Source of the DNA: Girardia tigrina
Lineage: Eukaryota
Assembly: GCA_001938485.1 (NCBI GenBank)
Contig: MQRK01248723.1
Coordinates: forward strand, 1-59,546
Direction of reading: 5' to 3'
Length of the DNA stretch: 59,546 nt
Position 1 is the stretch's first letter. Every line of letters begins with the position of its first letter. The notes beneath the pieces were generated by a model. That model did not search any database. It saw only the letters and a program-made list of their open reading frames with translations, and had not been told where the DNA came from. A program made the position numbers and the translations under genes. Of the stretch, positions 41,201-50,703 are shown piece by piece.

Positions 41201-41618
41201 GGAATTTAATATATTTTACTTGACAATTATTAATTTATAATAAAGAAATTATTAAAGAAATCTTTTTACTTAATTTTTTCCAATAAGAATTATCAATTTA
41301 TCTTAATTTGTAATCTTTCAGATTTTTTCTCTCACAAGTAATTTGTGTTTGAATGTTTCGAGACACGTCTCTGAAAGCGAATGGTCGGGTGCCAATAAAA
41401 AATGTGTACAGAGTATATTATTTGCATTAATCCAAATGAAGAAAAGTTGCGGTCCAGAAACGTTTTATCAATTCAAACAGTTGAAAACTTCTAATGAGTT
41501 CTTTTTGCGATGTGAATACGTGGTGGATCATCAGTTACCGTTGCTATTAGAAGATCTATGGCCTGCCGAATATCAATGGTTTGCTCAGCTCATGGGGGAT
41601 CTTTCACTGTTGAAATAA
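9105..41618 (+). CDS. ATRIP: ATR-interacting protein (ATRIP)-like gene, 15 predicted exons, ~703 aa
   Basis: Phase-consistent GT-AG exons: 9105-9147, 9195-9295, 14913-14966 (first three tentative), 17353-17439, 17487-17751, 23586-23711, 23743-23939, 23982-24086, 24133-24269, 29661-29817, 30173-30417, 35213-35346, 35396-35487, 39320-39391, 41322-41618. QEQLYMAKGQLKIV...LKSKLEFKEASL resembles the ATRIP coiled coil (EEVLIKNGEIKIL...LQSELQFKDAEM). ISNHSNNCIIFII, DCPC, FFLRCEYVVDHQ and LLEDLWPAE resemble LCSHSEGCLLLLL, NCQC, LFMMHCVEVLHQ and ALDDLCAAE, in the same order. Confidence 0.8.
10030..10932. mobile_element. Inverted pLTR pair (Penelope/retrozyme-like non-autonomous element)
   Basis: Arms ~10076-10246 and ~10747-10920 are non-identical inverted repeats, each leading outward into a GACCUGAUGAUGGGAUU hammerhead core; an N-gap lies inside. 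Confidence 0.6.
10049..10089 (-). ncRNA. Intact minimal type I hammerhead ribozyme
   Basis: Minus strand GAC-CUGAUGA-U-GGGAU(UUUUAUU)AUCUC-GAAA-CGCG-UC/GUC: complete core, stem I GAC/GUC, 5-bp stem II, palindromic ACGCGU stem III, GUC cleavage triplet. Confidence 0.85.
12200..13221 (-). mobile_element. LTR retrotransposon (Gypsy-like) gag
   Basis: KFDGSESKLDDFIKKIERYA gag-like start; two CCHC knuckles CWACHEEGHIRRNC and CSYCNKNGHIRTQC at ~12285-12385. Confidence 0.85.
13600..13933 (+). mobile_element. MULE (Mutator-like) transposase fragment
   Basis: TDVTYKL..GYPVFMVGTMDKDRSYHPFGLAVCLNEQSDDFQFIFKTLK...LLADAAESITNGF. Confidence 0.85.
15175..16453 (+). mobile_element. Degenerate mariner-type transposon
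   Basis: AGGGGTTCC...GGAACCCCT TIRs, ~1.28 kb; SGRP, VTDE, ETVNTERYLEFL and HYSPDLNLMD motifs. Confidence 0.85.
16500..16900 (-). mobile_element. Decayed LINE AP-endonuclease fragment
   Basis: ICVETWLRES motif on the minus strand near 16770-16800; many stops. Confidence 0.35.
18250..18987 (-). CDS. Intronless RING-like + helical protein, paralog 2 (245 aa), nested antisense in an ATRIP intron
   Basis: Intact ORF; CRLC...PCNHQCCWEC...CCPP; flanks homologous to paralog 1. Confidence 0.75.
   Translation of the reverse strand: MTSLTTSKEICRLCEHIIIGTLLRLTPCNHQCCWECFRLSDLNDECCPPGVGKNLIYVYRGSALINVFNRNKIELKDLIKALDKDYVNEQYEYLKQYKEELKLKQMKIYQMNKNQKNKNGTYNHNLVLSSTSYKHAQLIGSQNFIDDQKKAHDEVMSEVTSILDRSSEMIYAAKHFALYTCCYVVIKEKKLRKSLKPISKKWRKLLKKYQILNNTAREIKENEDQLWKKYVRLNNFHKNPINSTT
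19823..20159. mobile_element. hAT MITE
   Basis: 8-bp TSD ATATTAAC (19815-19822 and 20160-20167); TIR ...CCTTAAAAACCCTG; GGTGTAC subterminal repeats. Confidence 0.8.
20260..20298 (+). ncRNA. Hammerhead relic (solo pLTR)
   Basis: UGU-CUGAAGA-GGA..UCC-UUC-GAAA-UUAAUA-ACA; stem II imperfect. Confidence 0.5.
20552..21259 (+). CDS. Paralog 3 (235 aa) with degenerate RING, nested in an ATRIP intron
   Basis: Intact ORF collinear with paralogs 1 and 2; PCGH is replaced by PSDR and the distal cysteines are lost. Confidence 0.7.
   Translation: MTSLIQPTPSCHRCGNSIFGTFIKLMPSDRQLCFECFMTNYLEGKHSQIDESDSSILIFGARGDVLCVLDKDKMTLKDIVKSLHKEYINDHHKYFKMYKGELKLKQKKLDQIIQTQNKNFDIYKRNLNLATNSLIHFHLIRGQAFIEHVTKVHDVIISEVNSILEGVIEIFFVIKQFIYNSYFFINIKERKFRNIVETIFKKWLKLIEKYNILEVSLKEISKKEDLLLRKYTVLL
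21770..22045. mobile_element. Penelope 3' end/pLTR pair in inverted orientation with two hammerhead motifs
   Basis: 21770-21962 is the reverse complement of ~8306-8500; 21967-22045 is a forward partial pLTR; shared core UGACGA-U-GA(C/U)GGUUAUACCGUC-GAAA-UUAAU. Confidence 0.9.
22888..23463 (-). mobile_element. Internally deleted mariner
   Basis: TIRs GGTTGCCTCATAAGTTTTGTCGCA / TGCGACAAAACTTATGAGCAACC within TA repeats; HTH remnant GTVSMRTYERW...REGRP. Confidence 0.8.
24629..27470 (-). mobile_element. hAT-superfamily (hATm-like) transposon, frameshifted
   Basis: ORFs 27018-24843 carry ADGTNVTTG, ICLFH (CxxH), SRWL and PCHSQTVER; TAGGGTG terminus at 24629; the other TIR was not found. Confidence 0.75.
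28040..28450. mobile_element. Penelope fragment folded into nested inverted repeats
   Basis: IPYSEGF...NKSKT..NLVYKFIC linker matches the element at 7890-8060; inverted arms 28079-28148/28381-28450; inner hairpin 28158-28222. Confidence 0.75.
28500..29350 (-). mobile_element. Decayed non-LTR (RTE/CR1-like) RT C-terminus
   Basis: KLTAFHNLCTRRAL...DIIAKRRL resembles the LINE post-RT region. Confidence 0.5.
30570..32562 (-). mobile_element. Tigger/pogo element, internally deleted, with a nested Tc1-like insertion
   Basis: TA-flanked TIRs CACCAAGGCCCCGCTTTGCGTCT / AGACGCATAGCGGGGCTTTAGTG; MKGCWRKLWPECV and DIEELLDSH...DPNHERS..CYKEIY match the Tigger C-terminus. Confidence 0.85.
31271..32330 (-). 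mobile_element. Tc1/maT-like transposon, 3'-truncated
   Basis: TA|CAGGGTGGGCC terminus at 32330; WMEKLFGTGSVLD, FIDECVF and HFQQDGAPAH motifs. Confidence 0.85.
34150..34930 (+). mobile_element. 5'-truncated RLE-type (R2/NeSL/R5-like) non-LTR retrotransposon 3' end
   Basis: LMHIISG..KHNKIKDDLA..MDIYV..IFEVK..PSVVGSLGRW..ND..L restriction-like endonuclease signature, followed by a GC-richer 3' UTR. Confidence 0.8.
35576..35612 (-). ncRNA. Hammerhead relic (solo pLTR)
   Basis: UUUUGU-CUGAAGA-U-GAUAAUAAAUUCGUC-GAAA-UUAA; same 5' context as the 20260 relic. Confidence 0.45.
36241..36900 (-). pseudogene. Unidentified antisense gene fragment with candidate 21-27 nt introns
   Basis: Coding-like stretches separated by GT-AG intervals; ORF 36241-36534 contains TVLWNIAY; frame not fully resolved. 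Confidence 0.35.
37060..38050 (-). mobile_element. Highly decayed mariner
   Basis: FLKQIVMGDEK and PSDYHLFKSL*NSL on the minus strand. Confidence 0.75.
38078..39270. mobile_element. Mariner-like element with interior in an N-gap
   Basis: Inverted AGTCATAAGTTGTGGGGCACT / AGTGCCCCACAACTTATGACT flank the gap. Confidence 0.65.
39900..40350 (+). mobile_element. Penelope N-terminal fragment
   Basis: FDFGYFRHVLN..., CKFDKGNGLVVLNKDDYVNKM; homologous to 5178-6750. Confidence 0.75.
40400..40970 (+). mobile_element. 3' end of a hAT-like element
   Basis: Terminus CCCCCTTAGCTACGTCCCTG. Confidence 0.45.
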
Positions 41619-42030
41619 ATGTGAAATATTTACAGAGATCTTATCAAATGTTACTACGTTATTTTTATTGTTTGAAATTTACGGGTGAAATTTTGCGAAT
41701 ATGAATTGATTTTGTACTCTCATTATTATTTTGAATTGATAATTATTTTAAGTGATATCGATTATTTACAATGAAAATACTGCGGTATTGTCCCGTGTAT
41801 TACGCATGTTCCATGTGTCAAAAAAGATTTTTTTTAAAAATACTGATTCGTGTAAAATATGTGCAAAATAAAATTAATAGATTTAAAAAAGGAAATCTTG
41901 AAATATATTTGAAGTTTAAAGATCAATTTGCTTGACTCTGATTGATTCTCTGCTAATGGAAGGTGATTTTGGCTTTAGAAGAGAAGATTGAAAGAGTTAT
42001 TTTAATAATTTTAGGAGTTCACTATTTATA

Positions 42031-43454
42031 CAGGGTTTTTCAATCAGTTGTGACATTTGTTCAATATGTTTCGACAATTTTTCAAAGGGTTTTGACAATT
42101 TTTCAATTGGTTTTGACAATTTATCAGATGATTTTGACAATTTTCCTAATGGTTTTGACAATTTTTCAAATGGTTTTGACAATTTATCAGATGATTTTGA
42201 CAATTTTTCAATTGGTTTTGACAATTTATCAGATGATTTTGACAATTTTACAAATGGTTTTGACAATTTTTCAAATGGTTTTGACAATTTATCAGATGAT
42301 TTTGACAATTTTTCAATTGGTTTTGACAATTTATCAGATGATTTTGACAATTTTACAAATGGTTTTGACAATTTTTGCAAATGGTTTTGACAATTTTTCA
42401 ATTGGTTTTGACAATTTTTCCAAATGGTTTTGACAATTTTTCAATTGGTTTTGACAATTTTTCAAATGGTTTTGACAATTTATCAGATGATTTTGACAAT
42501 TTTTCAAATGGTTTTGACAATTTATCAGATGATTTTGACAATTTTCCTAATGGTTTTGACAATTTTTCAAATGGTTTTGACAATTTATCACATGGTTTTG
42601 ACAATTTATCAGATGATTTTGACAATTTTCCTAATGGTTTTGATAATTTTTCAAATGGTTTTGACAAGTTATCACATGGTTTTGACAATTTTTCAAATGG
42701 TTTTGACAATTTTTCAATTGGTTTTGACAATTTATCAGATGATTTTGACAATTTTACAAATGGTTTTGACAATTTTTCAATTGGTTTTGACAATTTATCA
42801 GATGATTTTGACAATTTTACAAATGGTTTTGACAATTTTTCAAATGGTTTTGACAATTTTTCAATTGGTTTTGACAATTTTTCCAAATAGTTTTGACAAT
42901 TTTTCAATTGGTTTTGACAATTTTTCAAATGGTTTTGACAATTTATCAGATGATTTTGACAATTTTTCAAATGGTTTTGACAATTTTTCAAATGATTTTG
43001 ACAATTTTCCAAATGATTTTGACAATTTTTCAAATGGTTTTGACAATTTATCAAATGATTTTGACAATTTTACAAATGGTTTTGACAATTTTTCAAATGG
43101 TTTTGACAATTTATCACATGGTTTTGACATTTGTCAATAGCTTTCGACAATTTTCCAAAAGGTTTTGACAATTTATAGAATAATTTTATATGAAAAATCA
43201 ATTCAAAAAACCCAAGCATGAATAATTTTTATTAGTTTTGTTTCTTGAGACCAAGATTCTTAGTCCTACCTTTAGAATATAATGTTGATTTGACTATATT
43301 ATTCAGTAAAAAAATAAAATTTATTTTCATACAAAAACATGTTCAATATAATTTGACTAACAAAGTTTTAAAAATCTTTTATATTTCATTAAAAAGCCAA
43401 CTTAAAATTTTTTTAAATATTTTATAAATTGTCAAAACTGAATGAAAAACCCTG
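42031..43454. mobile_element. Tc1/mariner-type MITE containing a 21-bp minisatellite
   Basis: TA|CAGGGTTTTTCAATCAGTTGTGACA ... TGTCAAAACTGAATGAAAAACCCTG|TA. Confidence 0.9.
42070..43173. repeat. 21-bp tandem array (~52 units; TTTTGACAATTTTTCAAATGG)
   Basis: Direct inspection; near-invariant TTTTGACAATTT plus a few recurring 9-nt variants. Confidence 0.97.
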
Positions 43455-43921
43455 TAATTTACTGAAGATAGTGAAAATTATAAAATATATTTCTCTTCAA
43501 TTTTCTCTTTTCATAGATTAACGAAATTGATTCATTCTTTCATACATCAAAGAATTTTAAAATGTGTAATTATTTAAGTATATTTATGACTTGATGAACG
43601 TAGAAAAAAATGGAGCCGAGTCAAATAAAAATGTCAACTCGAATCGGATTGATTCAACTCGTGTGCTGAATGAATTTTAAATTAAAATTAGTTAAATTCT
43701 TATTACAAACAAAAAGGATCAATATTTTGCAAACTTTTTAAACAATTTTTCAAATAGCCAAGATATGTAACAATCAAACAAAACTACTGATTAACAAATT
43801 ATAATTATTTGAATTTATTGTAATCACGCCTACAAATGTCATACTGGACAACCTAATAGATGAATTGGAATGGAAGACCCTAGACCGAAGACAATAAATG
43901 AGATAAGAATTTTGATGTATA

Positions 43922-45020
43922 CGAGGGTGGGTCAATAAGTCCGTGACTTTTTGAATTTCTGACCTCGTTACTGAAAAGCAACACTGCTCCTGTCAACAGG
44001 CATGAGTCAGTTGACTCCTCTCAAAAATTTTANNNNNNNNNNNNNNNNNNNNNNNNNNNNNNNNNNNNNNNNNNNNNNNNNNNNNNNNNNNNNNNNNNNN
44101 NNNNNNNNNNNNNNNNNNNNNNNNNNNNNNNNNNNNNNNNNNNNNNNNNNNNNNNNNNNNNNNNNNNNNNNNNNNNNNNNNNNNNNNNNNNNNNNNNNNN
44201 NNNNNNNNNNNNNNNNNNNNNNNNNNNNNNNNNNNNNNNNNNNNNNNNNNNNNNNNNNNNNNNNNNNNNNNNNNNNNNNNNNNNNNNNNNNNNNNNNNNN
44301 NNNNNNNNNNNNNNNNNNNNNNNNNNNNNNNNNNNNNNNNNNNNNNNNNNNNNNNNNNNNNNNNNNNNNNNNNNNNNNNNNNNNNNNNNNNNNNNNNNNN
44401 NNNNNNNNNNNNNNNNNNNNNNNNNNNNNNNNNNNNNNNNNNNNNNNNNNNNNNNNNNNNNNNNNNNNNNNNNNNNNNNNNNNNNNNNNNNNNNNNNNNN
44501 NNNNNNNNNNNNNNNNNNNNNNNNNNNNNNNNNNNNNNNNNNNNNNNNNNNNNNNNNNNNNNNNNNNNNNNNNNNNNNNNNNNNNNNNNNNNNNNNNNNN
44601 NNNNNNNNNNNNNNNNNNNNNNNNNNNNNNNNNNNNNNNNNNNNNNNNNNNNNNNNNNNNNNNNNNNNNNNNNNNNNNNNNNNNNNNNNNNNNNNNNNNN
44701 NNNNNNNNNNNNNNNNNNNNNNNNNNNNNNNNNNNNNNNNNNNNNNNNNNNNNNNNNNNNNNNNNNNNNNNNNNNNNNNNNNNNNNNNNNNNNNNNNNNN
44801 NNNNNNNNNNNNNNNNNNNNNNNNNNNNNNNNNNNNNNNNNNNNNNNNNNNNNNNNNNNNNNNNNNNNNNNNNNNNNNNNNNNNNNNNNNNNNNNNNNNN
44901 NNNNNNNNNTGGACAAAGTGTATAGAGCTCAAGGGAGACTACGTTGAAAAATAAAATGATTTATTTATCAAAAAATCTGTGTTTTATTCCAAAAGTCACG
45001 GACTTATTGACCCGCCCTCG
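43922..45020 (+). mobile_element. Mariner (irritans/Himar-like), interior in an N-gap
   Basis: Near-perfect TIRs CGAGGGTGGGTCAATAAGTCCGTGACTTTT, TA TSD; C-terminus WTKCIELKGDYVEK*. Confidence 0.92.
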
Positions 45021-46559
45021 TATTTAACATACTGAACAGTTTACTCTTTATCAGGTCCATTTTACTACATTATTTTTTTCTAAATATTATGTGTACTAAT
45101 ATATATTAAACTAAATATTAGGTAAAGGTTCGTTTCACTTTGTCTAATATTATTTCAATTATAAACTTTTTTCTATAACATTTTTTTTGTATCTATAATG
45201 TAGAGTGTTTTAAGCGATATCTATTTGAATTAATAAACTATTTGAATTTTTAAAAGAAATAGCATTTCAAATTTTATTGTAATTTTACAGATGACCACTG
45301 AAACTCCAACTAAAAAAATTTCAATTTTTAAAGTCTCGTTTTTAATAAATAGCTTATCATTATTTATAATTCCATATTTTTATTTATAAGAAATCTGGTC
45401 TGAGAAATCTGAAAACGAAAGTTCATCAAGAAAAATTGTTTAAATAATTGTTATTTGTGTTATTAATAAATTTTTGGTGTTAATGAATCTTAATCAAGAA
45501 CCCAACAATTATTAATTCAGATTATTAAAAGAAACATATATGAAAGACGAGATAATTAAAAAATACATATATTCTAATTATAAAAGCATTGAAAATTTAC
45601 ATTTTGAATAACTTCTCCACTACAAAAGAACTGGATCCGGAGGAATGAATAGTGTCGGTCACTCGGAATTTCGTGAGTCATTCGAAAGAATAAATATTAT
45701 CCGGCAATGACGTTCCTAAAACTCCGTGCAGATTTGAATTTTCGTCTCTCAAATTCGGTCGCAGTAACCTCGTTCAAAGTGTTTCCTCTAGTTATCTTGT
45801 CGTTAAAATGCCGTTAGAATGTGTGTTAAAATTTTTCAAAACGTGTCTCAAAATATTGTCAAATTGTGTGCGCTCTTTTCTGGAAATGTCTATGGTATTT
45901 ATACCGGAGATTGTAATTCTATAATTCCGTCTGAACCAATCATTGGCTGCCAACGACATATTTGTCAATTCTAATATTCATTATTGGTCAGATGGAGTCT
46001 CGAAGATGTGTGCCTGTTCGTGTGTCTTTGGTAATTTTGATTTTCGTATCGACTTTTGTAATTATGTTTTTCAGGTTAGAATCGTCATGTGCCTTGTGAA
46101 TCACGGATTATTCACTATGAATAATCGCGTGATGCTTATTCTGGAATTGTCGCTGAATCATTTAGTTTCCTAATTAATGTTGGTAATTTTAATTAATTTG
46201 CCGTAACTATCTAGGATGAATAACTTCGCTCGGGAGGGTCACGTCTGAAAACGGACTAGATTCACGGTTACTTCTCACGGAGAGTCGTCGGGAGAGAGGT
46301 GGCTGAGGATTCTCAAACATAGGATGAGTTCTTACGTGATTTTTACTATTTTGACTTATTTATGTGCTTTTTAGGACCTGATCGTGTCTAAATGATCTTC
46401 CTGGGCGACGGAAGGGCACTGGGGACTGTCAGAGACTTATACCATTATGTTCTTGCTTTCAATACATGTATTGCTTACGTCTGTCTCATTTGTTTTATAA
46501 TGTTCTTTTGATAATGTATCGACCACAATGTCACTTTTGGTAATGTATCGACAGCAACA

Positions 46560-47415
46560 CAGCCTTACTTGATGAAGATGATTCCCAAACGCAACAAAAT
46601 TAGCTGACGACTTAGGTATGACTTAGAAAACTATTTCAAATTGCTTCTATGACATGGACAAGATTCAAAAAGAAAAAAGATGGGTGCCGAATGAATTGAC
46701 TGAACGTAAGCAAGAAAATCGAAGAACGTGCAAACTTTTGCTTGATCGGCAGCAACGCAAGTCATTCATGCATCGAATTATCACTGATGATGAAAAGTAA
46801 ATTTATTATGATAATCCAAAATGAAAGAGATCATGGACAGACCCATGAAAGGCGCCAAAGATGAATCCCAAGCATAAAATCCATCGATAAAAGGTTCTGC
46901 TCTGCATGTGGTGGGAAGGGTATGTTGTATTATGAACTTCTGAAACCTGACGAAACTGTTATGGCGGCTCTTTGAGGAAAGCAATTAATCAATCTGAACA
47001 AAGAAGTTACCAAAAACGACAGGAATGAACCACAAGGCACGAGTGCCCGATATTGCTTCACGACAATGCGAGACCTCATGTTGCAAAACCGGTCATAAAT
47101 ACAATGAAAGAACTGAACTGGGAAATGTTACCCCACCCACCTTACTCTCCTGACATTGTTCCATCACTTATTTCGATCAATGGCTCACGGATTAGCAGAC
47201 CAGAAGTTCACAAAACACGAAGAAGTGCGAAAATAACTCGATAAATGGATTGCGTCGAAACAACCGAAATTATTTTTTGATGGAATCCATAAATTGGAAT
47301 AATGTTAATGTTAATAATGGTTGTTATTGTTAATAAAATATTTAATTAAAATTTTTTTGGCATTTTAATTTTTTAAATCGTAAAAAAAAACGAATTGTCA
47401 TATTTTTCCAGCTAA
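46560..47415 (+). mobile_element. Mos1-like mariner remnant
   Basis: [37 protein letters not shown]. Confidence 0.9.
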
Positions 47416-47722
47416 TATTAAATATTATAACTAAAAAAAATATTTTAACATATGTTAATTAAATTATTTTAGAAAAACTTGTTTTAAAAATCCGAACCAC
47501 ACATTTTGAATTGAATTCCTTGATGCCTGAAAATAAATTAAATTCTATCTATCTTAAGAATATGATTACAGATCTGTGATATCAAATTAAAGAAAATTAT
47601 TAAAAATTAAATTATTATTCATGTTGTCCTTAGTCGATACATAGGTGTTGATTGGATCTTCGGCAGCTGACGTCTACAGACGATTTACATATCAACAAAA
47701 TTCAAATAAAAAAGAGTAAATA

Positions 47723-49435
47723 CAGGGTGTGTAAAAAGTAACGGTCGTATTTTAAAGTCCTGCTAAACAAATATAAATAAATATAATTTAATCGGTTTTA
47801 TTTTACACGAAAATATATTTCCTTAAATTACATTTATGTGTGTATTTGTTTTATTTAAGTAATGCAAATTGTGATTATCCTCTCCCATAATGGAATCGTA
47901 GAAATTGTGTTGTTGATATCGAAGTCGGAATAAATAACTTTGGTTTGAGGGCATTTACAAAAGTTAGAATGGGAAAATATACCAACTGAGAAGACTATGA
48001 GAAGCATTTGTCAATGTTGCAAGAAAATGGTAGTGTTTATAATTTTTTCAATGCATCAAGGAAAAATCTTAAACTTTATCTATACAAGATTCAAATGCTC
48101 GATCAGAAATCAGGAAAGTCATCATTCGATGAAGAAAACATTGAAACACTTTGTGAAATTTATGAAAACAATCCTCAACATCGGTAAGAAAAGAAGCTGA
48201 GGAAGTTGAGTTGCAGTTTGTTGTGTCGCGCTTTTTTATTGATTTTTATTAATTATTATAATTTTTTATTATTAAATTTTTATTGTATAATTCAATTTTA
48301 TTAATAATTCGTTTTTTGTTTTAATTTGTACAATTAGTGTTTTTCATCTTTTAAAGCAAAATTGTACATTGGAAGAATTTTATTAAAAATATATTTTTCT
48401 GAAAGAATCGAATTGATATTTTTTAATAACCAAAAACCCACCGTTGTGATTTTACAAAAATTTGAATGACCAATTGCTTCAATTTGAATTGCGGGATAAT
48501 CTATCCAATCGCTCTCGAGATGTTCAACAACCAAATCGCCCTCGATACTCTCGTTAACAAAACGATCGAGTAGACCCAATCAATCAAACAGACGAAGACA
48601 GTATACACGGAATACTGTTATAAACTGTGTACAATGTTTCAAGGAAAAATCTTAAACTTTATCTATACAAGATTCAAATGCACCATCATCTGCATGAAGA
48701 GGATTTTGCTGAAAGAATCGCAATTTGCGAGAAGTTAATTAATCAGATTGACAACGATCCATCCTTTCTTGGAAACCTCATTTGCTCTAAACGGTTTTGT
48801 TAATCGACACAACTGTAGACATTGAGGCACCGAATCTCCTGATGAAATTATTCCTCAATCTCACTCTCAGTCAAAAAGTGAATATTTGGATGGGTGTTTC
48901 CATATCTGGTGTTTATGGTCCATTCCTTTTTCATGAAAACGTCAATAGCGAAAATTATTTACATATGCCTACGTTTGTTTCATACTGCAAATTGATCGCA
49001 GAATGATGTCACAAATAAATTTTCGACAAGATGGAGCTGTCGCTTGTTATGTGCGTCAAGTTAGCGAATTTTAAGCAACAAATTTCTTGGAAGATGTGTT
49101 GGAAGATCTGGACAATTTATTTGGACTGCCAGGTCATCTGAATTGTTACCACTGGATTTTTATGGGTACATCTGAAGAGAAAAGTATACGGAAGAAAACC
49201 AAGTATCTCCAAGACTTGAAATATTTCATTGAAGCTGAATCATCTGAAATAGCACCAGAAATGTGGGAGAATGTCATGAATTCTTGACATAATCGATGGA
49301 ATAGTATCAGTGTTAATGAACATTCTGTAGAAAAATATTTAATAAATATTACTGCGTCAGAATTTATAGGCTTACTGTTGATATTTTTAAGGATATTAAA
49401 TTTCAAATACCGCAGCTACCTTTTTACACACCCTG
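47723..49435 (+). mobile_element. Tc1/maT-like element with an internal insertion
   Basis: TA|CAGGGTGTGTAAAAAG...CTTTTTACACACCCTG|TA; KVNIWMGVS..GPFLF, FRQDGA and WTARS motifs; foreign ~430-bp insert at ~48200-48630. Confidence 0.85.
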
Positions 49436-50384
49436 TATATAGTAATAACAATTATTAAAACTTTATTCAATGTATTTGAAACCAGTTTCCAAAACAAAAT
49501 GGCAATTTCCACAGAATTTGGTTCAACTAAAACAAAAAATGCAGTCAATGTCGGATAGAAAAAGTGATGTAAGAAAGTTTCAGTGGAAAATAATTTTCAA
49601 ATAACTTCATGATGAAAAGATAGAAATTTCTATCGATCAGAAAATCTAAATTTCACAACAGTTGACGAAAGTTAATTTCCTCAATTAAAACAAAGAATTT
49701 ATTACGGTAATTAAAGAAAAGAAAGTTAATAATGACGAGAAATAATGCGGATATACACATCAGAAAACAAACAGAACATTAAACGGCAAAATTAGACTTT
49801 AATGCGAGAGAAACTGTTACCAAGAGACGAATTTGAAAAAGGCCAGATATAAACTAGGTTTTAACTTCCTTTAAAAATTCTATGGATAAAATATCAATTA
49901 GAATCTGCCTAAATTAAACAAATTTACACATAATACGTTATATATTTTGTGAACGCTAATTTAATATTTTTGAAAAATAATTTTGTTAAAGTTTTTTTAA
50001 GAAATCGATTATTGTATGTGCCGGAAATTCATTTTCCATCATCAGCAATTATATGTGTTACTTATAATGTTAATTATTTATCAAATTTAAAAGGGAAAAT
50101 TTATTTATATATCTTAATTTAGATATTAATGGATAATAATGGCAAAAGGTTTTAAAAATTTAAATTAAAGATTTTAAGATTTGAAATGGCTTTACCTTGT
50201 CCATTCTGAATCAGTGTCCTGCTCAGTGACTTCAAACTTTCTCCAAATTTAAATCTATAGAATTGATAGAAGAGCGAGTGCAGCGCGGTCGCGGCATCCT
50301 GTAGTCTTGGGACGATCTCGGAGTCCGGGGGAATAATTTAATTTTAGCTCTCGAGTGGTCAACTACCACGACACTCGATATTCG

Positions 50385-50703
50385 TCGGCGCCCTCGGTGT
50401 AAAGACCCTTCGCCTAATTGCTTAGTCCAAGAATGAAATTGTCTGGTCAAAATATATGTGCGAATGATTCCGTACGAATGGAATTCATCGACCCTGGATC
50501 TAAATCCGCTGATACCGCTCGCGGAACATACCTTCCCCCAGTGGTCTCATTGCCGTAAAAATGATCTGCTCTAATTGCCGATCGGAATCTCCGTGGTACG
50601 TGCCAATCGGATCGACTCCACGTTTGTCCGATATCACTTCACATATTTTTGATTCAGTTTGATTTCCACATTGACCAGTTTGAAAGAGAATAATTTCCAT
50701 CAT
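50385..50703 (-). pseudogene. TUBB: Beta-tubulin 5' fragment
   Basis: [14 protein letters not shown]...[38 protein letters not shown]; frameshifts and stops. Confidence 0.92.

Noticed and set aside
41963-43168. Long repetitive ORFs (KLSKPFE / MVLTIFQ / GFDNFSN) or a CRISPR-like array
   Set aside because: By-products of a 21-bp minisatellite that is open in several frames inside a MITE; the variable parts are recurring 9-mers, not unique spacers, and there are no cas genes.
45640-46460. GC-richer decayed coding-like region
   Set aside because: Stops in all frames checked and no recognisable motif; probably TE debris, cannot be assigned.
50265-50385. Possible snRNA or SL RNA
   Set aside because: No U1/U2/SL signature; more like a LINE scrap (ELIEERVQR) next to the tubulin pseudogene.
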